This document shows, in pieces, positions 58,750 to 64,000 of a stretch of 64,000 nt of DNA. Below the pieces are notes generated by a model. That model did no database searches and was not told where the DNA came from. It was given only the letters and a program-made list of their open reading frames with translations. The stretch's first letter is position 1. The number at the start of each line of letters is the position of its first letter. This stretch comes from Clostridia bacterium (lineage in GTDB: Bacteria; Bacillota; Clostridia; Oscillospirales; CAG-272): assembly GCA_017624905.1 (NCBI GenBank), contig JAGAMD010000021.1:1754-65753 (forward strand), written 5' to 3'. A program made the translations under genes and the position numbers.

Positions 58750-60705
58750 TTATTGTGGGAATGTTGCCTTGGTAGCTACGTTATTTTGAGCTGTGCCACA
58801 GAGATATGTTACATCATTTCCTGTAACGATAAACGCTCCACAGTAAAGCTGTGATGCTCTTGTTACTCCTGTTACTTTAATTTCCATTATTGTATATTCA
58901 GTATTAAGGAATGTGCCTATTACTGTTGTTTCATTTGCTAAATTAGCCTCACCGTTTATTGCTGTGATTAGGTTGCCATCTATTGGATTATCGTTAGCAT
59001 CAGCTGCAAGACCTGCTACAACACCAAAGTTATATGAATCCTTGTTGCCTGTTAACTCAGCATATAGTGCAAGTGCTTCTTTATCAACAGATGTTCTTTG
59101 ATATATACCTGTGTATTCGTTTCCATTCATTTCATATGAATAGCCTGTGCTTTTAAAGATTGCTGCAATTTCCTTTACTTCGCCTTCTTGCTTGCAGTTT
59201 TGACATGTTTCTGTTGCTATAATTACAGCAGTTATGCTTGCTGTTCCGCCCTCTTCGTTAGTGAACTCCCATACGTTTACGTGTTGTGGGTTTTCAAGCT
59301 CTACTGTGTCGCCACATCTTGAACATACACCTGTACAGTAGTTGTCGCCTTCTTGTGCTGCATCATGCTTGTCGTTATAGAATGCCTTACATGGGCTATA
59401 TCCATAAACAAGGTATGAGCCAGATTTTGTCTCAAGAGTTTCATACTCACCTAAAGAAACGACTGTAGAATTTTTAAGTGGATTGTTATTAGTTCCATTC
59501 GCATTTGCTTTGAAAGTGTTAGCTGTTGTTTCGTCACCTGTAAAATAAATAGTAACCGCATTTGGCCATTCCTTAAACACGCCTTGCGAAAATGTAGTAA
59601 CACTTGAAGGTATATACACAGTTTCGGTTCCGCATTTTTCAAATGCATGAGCACCAAGAGATGTTAAATTTGCGGGCATTACAATTATATCAACGTTGGT
59701 TTTCTGAGCATCAGAAGCTGCAAACGCATTGTCGCCAAGTACAGTTACACCATTGGGAACAACTAACTTTTCTTGATTAATCACGTGACCAGCAAATGCA
59801 TATTTACCAATTGTTGTAACGGTAGAAGGAAGTTCCAACTTGGTTAGTTTGTTGCCTTGAAATGCATATTCTTCAATGGTTACCAAGCTTGTATCTCCAG
59901 CATCAATATCAGCTAAAGCATAACAACGATTAAACGCACCCATTTCCAAATGAGTCAAGCTCGCTGGCAAATCAACGCTTGTAAGAACCTTAGCATCCTC
60001 AAAAGCATATTTGCCTATTATTGTTAGTTTTGAATCTTTAGGAATAACAAAAGTTGTCATAGAAGTGCAACCAACAAGTGCCCAACGGTCAATTTTTTCA
60101 ACTGTTTTTGGAATTGAAAGGGCAGTAAGAGATGAACAATTTGCGAACACACCATTTTCAGTGTTATAAGTACTACTAAAATCGCCAGATGCATCTAGAA
60201 TTGTGATTTTTGTGTTTTCAAGATTTTCTACTGTTGTAAGTTTTGAGCAAGACTTAAACACGCCCTCGCCTAAAGATGTAAGTGTAGATGGAAACTTCAC
60301 TGTCAACAAAGTGGTTGTTTTTTCCAAAGCATAATTGCCGACAGTTGTTATTCCTTCAGGAACTTGAATGTGAATAACAGAATATCTTAGGCCATTAGCA
60401 TTGGAATAGGTTAAACCAAGCTGTGTCTTAATAGCATCGTTAAGCTTAAAGGTAAAGGTTGTATTGTCAGCCAATACATAGTAAGTTGGGAAGGTATAGT
60501 ATTTGCCATCAGAACCCACAAGAACTACTTTTGATGTATAATCGGTAAAGCTAGTTGGTTTGCTGCTTTCCAACGCGTCAACTGTAGAAAGTGTGCCGTA
60601 TCCGTTATCATCTGAAGCGACAAAGTTATCTGCGCTTGCTGAAATAGCAAACAAGCAAACTAGTGACATAACAACTAAAAGTGTCAATAAAAGTTTCTTT
60701 TTCAT
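58750..60705 (-). CDS. Secreted BspA-type leucine-rich-repeat protein, paralog 4 (divergent C-terminus)
   Basis: 651 aa. Signal peptide MKKKLLLTLLVVMSLVCLFAISASA. LRR_5-like repeats (LPSTVTTIGKYAFAG, IPKTVEKIDRWALVGCTSM). Cys-rich segment CTGVCSRCGD...CQNCKQEG. Confidence 0.85.
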   Translation of the reverse strand: MKKKLLLTLLVVMSLVCLFAISASADNFVASDDNGYGTLSTVDALESSKPTSFTDYTSKVVLVGSDGKYYTFPTYYVLADNTTFTFKLNDAIKTQLGLTYSNANGLRYSVIHIQVPEGITTVGNYALEKTTTLLTVKFPSTLTSLGEGVFKSCSKLTTVENLENTKITILDASGDFSSTYNTENGVFANCSSLTALSIPKTVEKIDRWALVGCTSMTTFVIPKDSKLTIIGKYAFEDAKVLTSVDLPASLTHLEMGAFNRCYALADIDAGDTSLVTIEEYAFQGNKLTKLELPSTVTTIGKYAFAGHVINQEKLVVPNGVTVLGDNAFAASDAQKTNVDIIVMPANLTSLGAHAFEKCGTETVYIPSSVTTFSQGVFKEWPNAVTIYFTGDETTANTFKANANGTNNNPLKNSTVVSLGEYETLETKSGSYLVYGYSPCKAFYNDKHDAAQEGDNYCTGVCSRCGDTVELENPQHVNVWEFTNEEGGTASITAVIIATETCQNCKQEGEVKEIAAIFKSTGYSYEMNGNEYTGIYQRTSVDKEALALYAELTGNKDSYNFGVVAGLAADANDNPIDGNLITAINGEANLANETTVIGTFLNTEYTIMEIKVTGVTRASQLYCGAFIVTGNDVTYLCGTAQNNVATKATFPQ

Positions 60706-60830
60706 AAATTTTTCTCCTTAAGAAATATTTTTCACATTTATATTATAGCATAATTGACTAAATTTTGGCAATTGGCATTGTGTATAAAAAAGCTAGTGGA
60801 TTTTTGTTTGTTTTGCACAAAGCAGACAGA

Positions 60831-61435
60831 GGAGGAGAGGGAGCAAATATATATAGTATTCTACTCATCCGACACCACAGGTGCCACCTTCCCTGCTAGG
60901 GAAGGCTTATAATAATGTTTGTGTAGGGTAGGCAATTTGCCTCACGTTATAGATTGTGTGGATTGTTTGACGGACAACCAATGGTTGCCCTACAAGGATG
61001 ACAGATAACATTGTCATTTCGACCGAGCATAGCGAGTGGAGAAATCTCAAAATAGACCCATTCGACTACACTTCGTTTCGCTCAGGGTGACAAAATAATT
61101 TGCTGAAAACTCCTCATTATGCCTTTTCAGCCGAAGTGGAGAAATCTTGTTATAAGGCGGGAGGATGATATCCTCCCCTACATTTGTGCGTAGTGCTTGG
61201 AACGGGAGGAGTAAGTACATATAGTTTTCTACTCATCCGACACCACAGGTGCCACCTTCCCTGCTAGGGAAGGCTTACAATATTGTCATTCCAACTAAGA
61301 ATTGCGAGTGGTTTTAAAGAATTTTTGAGATTCTATCGCTACGCTCCAGAATGACATAAGAGAGTTTGTCATTTTGACTGGAGTGGAGAAATCTTGTTAC
61401 TATGCGGGAGGAGCAAGCCCCTCCCCTACAAGGTT
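60831..61435. repeat. ORF-free nest of at least three interspersed short repeat families in both orientations
   Basis: - 64-nt direct repeat 60851-60914 / 61219-61282 (62 of 64 identical).
- 47-nt repeat 61136-61182 / 61383-61430.
- TGTCATT...GAGTGGAGAAATCT units, plus-oriented at 61012-61048, 61284-61311 and 61367-61397, and minus-oriented at 61059-61092 and 61327-61356.
- Hairpin+CCCTACA units at 60975-60994, 61159-61182 and 61406-61430, with an inverted copy at 60921-60945. Confidence 0.85.
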
Positions 61436-61460
61436 AAACCGCTATTCGGCATTGGCTTAT

Positions 61461-61496
61461 AAAAGAAAAGTCGCACACGTGGTGCGACTTTTTTGA
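61461..61496. terminator. Bidirectional terminator (ends nfnAB; could also end a plus-strand transcript of the repeat nest)
   Basis: aaaagaaaa-gtcgcac-acgtg-gtgcgac-tttttt. Confidence 0.8.
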
Positions 61497-61525
61497 TTTA
61501 TTGTTTGTTTTGATACAAAGAAAAA

Positions 61526-61594
61526 CCCCTCAGTCACCTATCGGCGACAGCTCCGTGCAAGGCATACCACAAGGGCGCCTTTACAAAGGAGCCT
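61526..61594. repeat. 70-nt interspersed repeat element, copy 2
   Basis: cccctcagtcacctatcggcgacagctccgtgcaaggcataccacaagggcgcctttacaaaggagcct aligns end to end with 4892-4961. It lies between the nfnB stop (61598) and its terminator. Confidence 0.7.
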
Positions 61595-61597
61595 AGT

Positions 61598-63025
61598 TTA
61601 GTCAAATGCTCTTTTTTTGCTTTGAATGTAGTCGTCAATTGCTGAGGCTGCGGTTTTACCTGCACCCATTGCCAAAATTACGGTTGCTGCACCTGTTACG
61701 GCATCACCGCCGGCATATATTCCCTCTTTTGAGGTTAAGCCGTTTTCATCAACGATAATTCCACCCCAATATTCTGTATCAAGTCCCTCGGTTGTAGACT
61801 TAATAAGTGGGTTTGGAGATGTACCAAGCGACATAATTACGCAATCAACATCGAGAATATGTTCACTATCTTTTTTAACAACAGGACGGCGTCTGCCACT
61901 TTCATCAGGTTCGCCAAGCTCCATTTCCACGCATTTCATTCCACCTACGCTTAGATTTCCGGGGCTACGTGGATTTTCTTTATCAACAAATGGCAAAATT
62001 TCAGTTGGGTTTGTCAATGTCTTAAAGATAATTCCCTCTTCAATTGCGTGTTCAACCTCTTCCTTTCGTGCCGGAAGCTCTTCCATACCACGACGGTAAA
62101 CAATATAAACCTCAGCACCCATACGTCTAGCACAACGAGCTGCGTCCATAGCAACGTTGCCACCACCAACCACCGCTACACGAGTGTAGGACATAATCGG
62201 AGTATCGCTTTCTTGCTTATATGCTTTCATAAGATTGATTCTTGTCAAATATTCATTAGCTGAGAAGACACCCTTTAAATTTTCTCCCGGAATACCCATA
62301 AATTTAGGTAGTCCTGCACCCGAACCGATAAAGATAGCCTCAAAGCCATATTCGTGCATTAGCTCGTCAATTGAAAGTGTTTTACCAACTACTATATTTG
62401 TATTAATTTTAACGCCGAGAGCTTTTAGTCCCTCAATTTCTTTTTTTACAACATCCTTTGGTAAACGGAATTCCGGAATTCCGTAAACCAACACTCCACC
62501 TGCTGTATGTAGAGCCTCAAAAATTGTAACATCATAGCCTCTCTTTGCAAGGTCTGATGCACAGCTAAGACCGGCAGGTCCCGAGCCAATTATAGCGACC
62601 CTGTGTCCGTTTTTGAGTGGTTTTACAGGTTCTTTTTGTGAGTTTTTATTGTGATAATCTGCTACAAAGCGTTCAAGTCTGCCGATTGCAACAGGCTCTC
62701 CCTTTATTCCTCTTACGCATCGTCCCTCGCATTGATTTTCTTGTGGGCAAACACGTCCGCAAATAGCCGGCAAGGATGATGATTTTAGTATAATCTCGTA
62801 TGCCTCCTCAAATTTCCCTTCTGCGACCTTAGAAATAAAGTCCGGAATTGCAATTTTTACAGGACAGCCACGCATACACATTTTATTTTTACAATTAAGG
62901 CATCTTTTTGCCTCGTCTATTGCTTGTTCCTCTGTATAGCCAAGAGCTACCTCATCAAAGTTTTTAATTCTTTCACTTGGCTCTTGGGTTGGCATAGGAT
63001 TTTTTACAAGTGACATATTCGGCAT
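61598..63025 (-). CDS. nfnB: NfnB / GltD-like NADPH-dependent oxidoreductase (glutamate synthase small-chain family)
   Basis: 475 aa. Two Fe-S Cys clusters (CLNCKNKMCMRGCPV; CGRVCPQENQCEGRC). Dinucleotide folds VAIIGSGPAGLS and VAVVGGGNVAMD. Confidence 0.88.
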   Translation of the reverse strand: MPNMSLVKNPMPTQEPSERIKNFDEVALGYTEEQAIDEAKRCLNCKNKMCMRGCPVKIAIPDFISKVAEGKFEEAYEIILKSSSLPAICGRVCPQENQCEGRCVRGIKGEPVAIGRLERFVADYHNKNSQKEPVKPLKNGHRVAIIGSGPAGLSCASDLAKRGYDVTIFEALHTAGGVLVYGIPEFRLPKDVVKKEIEGLKALGVKINTNIVVGKTLSIDELMHEYGFEAIFIGSGAGLPKFMGIPGENLKGVFSANEYLTRINLMKAYKQESDTPIMSYTRVAVVGGGNVAMDAARCARRMGAEVYIVYRRGMEELPARKEEVEHAIEEGIIFKTLTNPTEILPFVDKENPRSPGNLSVGGMKCVEMELGEPDESGRRRPVVKKDSEHILDVDCVIMSLGTSPNPLIKSTTEGLDTEYWGGIIVDENGLTSKEGIYAGGDAVTGAATVILAMGAGKTAASAIDDYIQSKKRAFD

Positions 63026-63026
63026 A

Positions 63027-63869
63027 TTACTCTACCTCCTTTTTAAAGAGGTTACAGGTTTGCTCATACTTATGCTTTTCAAAATCGCCATAGAGGTTTG
63101 AGCGAGACATAGCCTCATCAAAGTCAATCAAATGTCCATCAAACTCAGGGCCATCAACACAAGCGAACAATGTTTTGCCACCAACTGTCAAACGACAGCC
63201 ACCACACATTCCTGTGCCATCAATCATAATGGGGTTCATTGATGCAACTGTCTTTATTCCATATTCCTTTGTCAAAAGACAAACAAACTTCATCATTGGT
63301 AAAGGTCCGATGGTTATAACCTCATCATATTCTTCGCCGGAGTCGATTAGTTTTCTTAATGCATCGGTTACAAGTCCCTTTTCGCCTTTTGAGCCATCGT
63401 CCGTCATTAAAACAAACTTGGATGATGCACCCTTGAATTCTTTTTCTAAAATTACAAGCTCCTCGTTTCTAAAGCCACAAATTGCGTGTACCTCACAGCC
63501 AAGAGAGTGTAGCTTTTTAGCAACCGGATATGCGATAGCACAACCAACGCCGCCGCCAACAACGGCTACCTTTTTTAGTCCATCTGTGTGAGTTGCCTTG
63601 CCAAGAGGTCCTACAAAATCTTGTAGGTAATCACCCTTTTGCATTTGTGCAAGTTTATAGGTTGTGCCACCAACAATTTGGAATATTATTGTAACACTAC
63701 CTTTTTTTCTATTGAAATCAGCAATTGTAAGCGGAATTCTCTCTCCGTTTTCATCTGTACGAAGAATAATAAACTGTCCCGGCTCTGCTTTTTTAGCAAC
63801 GAGCGGAGCATCTATTTCCATCAAAACAACTGTTTTATTGAGTTCCTTCTTTGTTAAAATTTTATACAT
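63027..63869 (-). CDS. nfnA: NfnA / sulfide-dehydrogenase-like FAD/NAD-binding ferredoxin-NADP reductase subunit
   Basis: 280 aa. RIPLTIADF FAD motif, VAVVGGGVG, C-terminal 2Fe-2S cluster CGGCRLTVGGKTLFACVDGPEF. 1-nt gap to nfnB. Confidence 0.88.
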   Translation of the reverse strand: MYKILTKKELNKTVVLMEIDAPLVAKKAEPGQFIILRTDENGERIPLTIADFNRKKGSVTIIFQIVGGTTYKLAQMQKGDYLQDFVGPLGKATHTDGLKKVAVVGGGVGCAIAYPVAKKLHSLGCEVHAICGFRNEELVILEKEFKGASSKFVLMTDDGSKGEKGLVTDALRKLIDSGEEYDEVITIGPLPMMKFVCLLTKEYGIKTVASMNPIMIDGTGMCGGCRLTVGGKTLFACVDGPEFDGHLIDFDEAMSRSNLYGDFEKHKYEQTCNLFKKEVE

Positions 63870-64000
63870 TATGCGTTCCTTTTTTATTGAATTTTAGACA
63901 CCGGGTGCCAATTATGTATTATCATAGGTTGCTTTAGACAGCTTTTTGCGTAGCACCTGATAAAAGCTTACATTTGTTAGCTTTATAATCTTTGCGCTCT

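Noticed and set aside
60831-61435. The repeat nest considered as a CRISPR array.
   Set aside because: The repeats belong to several unrelated families, occur in both orientations and are irregularly spaced. There are no uniform repeat-spacer units and no cas genes in the window.

Overview
64-kb chromosomal window from a low-GC Firmicute, probably a Clostridia-class anaerobe. Supporting gene content: nfnAB, a hisZ-type his operon, fakA/fakB and a spore-type M14 peptidase. I call about 60 protein genes, 5 tRNAs in two clusters, several consensus sigma-A promoters and many bidirectional hairpin terminators.

Most of the window is housekeeping:
- a partial cca gene (absent from the ORF track because it runs off the left edge) and ligA
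- a nucleotide-hydrolase cluster and a ZIP transporter
- fakA-plsX-degV, hpt, an 11-gene his operon headed by a TrpR/YerC-like gene, and nfnAB
- glycan-utilisation genes: GH51, GH29, an alpha/alpha-barrel GH, a Gfo/Idh/MocA oxidoreductase, AraC regulators and GT8 transferases

The accessory stretch is about 25.2-37.1 kb, just right of tRNA-Met/tRNA-Glu. It holds a decayed large-serine-recombinase element: an intact recombinase, a primase-type zinc-finger protein and an XRE regulator. It also holds a large frameshifted ORF whose 3' end is fused out of frame to a Walker-A-less ABC ATPase remnant. Next comes a tandem array of divergent [secreted BspA-type LRR protein / AraC regulator] units, ending in a 56-nt scar of a third LRR gene. 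A fourth LRR paralog sits at 58.7-60.7 kb beside a 0.9-kb ORF-free nest of interspersed hairpin repeats.

Candidates I rate most worth follow-up:
1. The tight operon fakA-plsX-fakB-(double-GNAT-like)-(non-canonical ACP). It reads as an exogenous-fatty-acid to acyl-carrier to N-acyltransferase pathway.
2. The repeat nest at 60.8-61.4 kb, plus a 70-nt element flanked by a perfect 10-bp direct repeat at 4.9 kb.
3. The LRR/AraC array with its shared Cys-rich C-terminal module.
4. The recombinase element remnants.

No CRISPR array, rRNA or recognisable complete defence system was seen. All family assignments rest on motif recognition by eye, not on searches.
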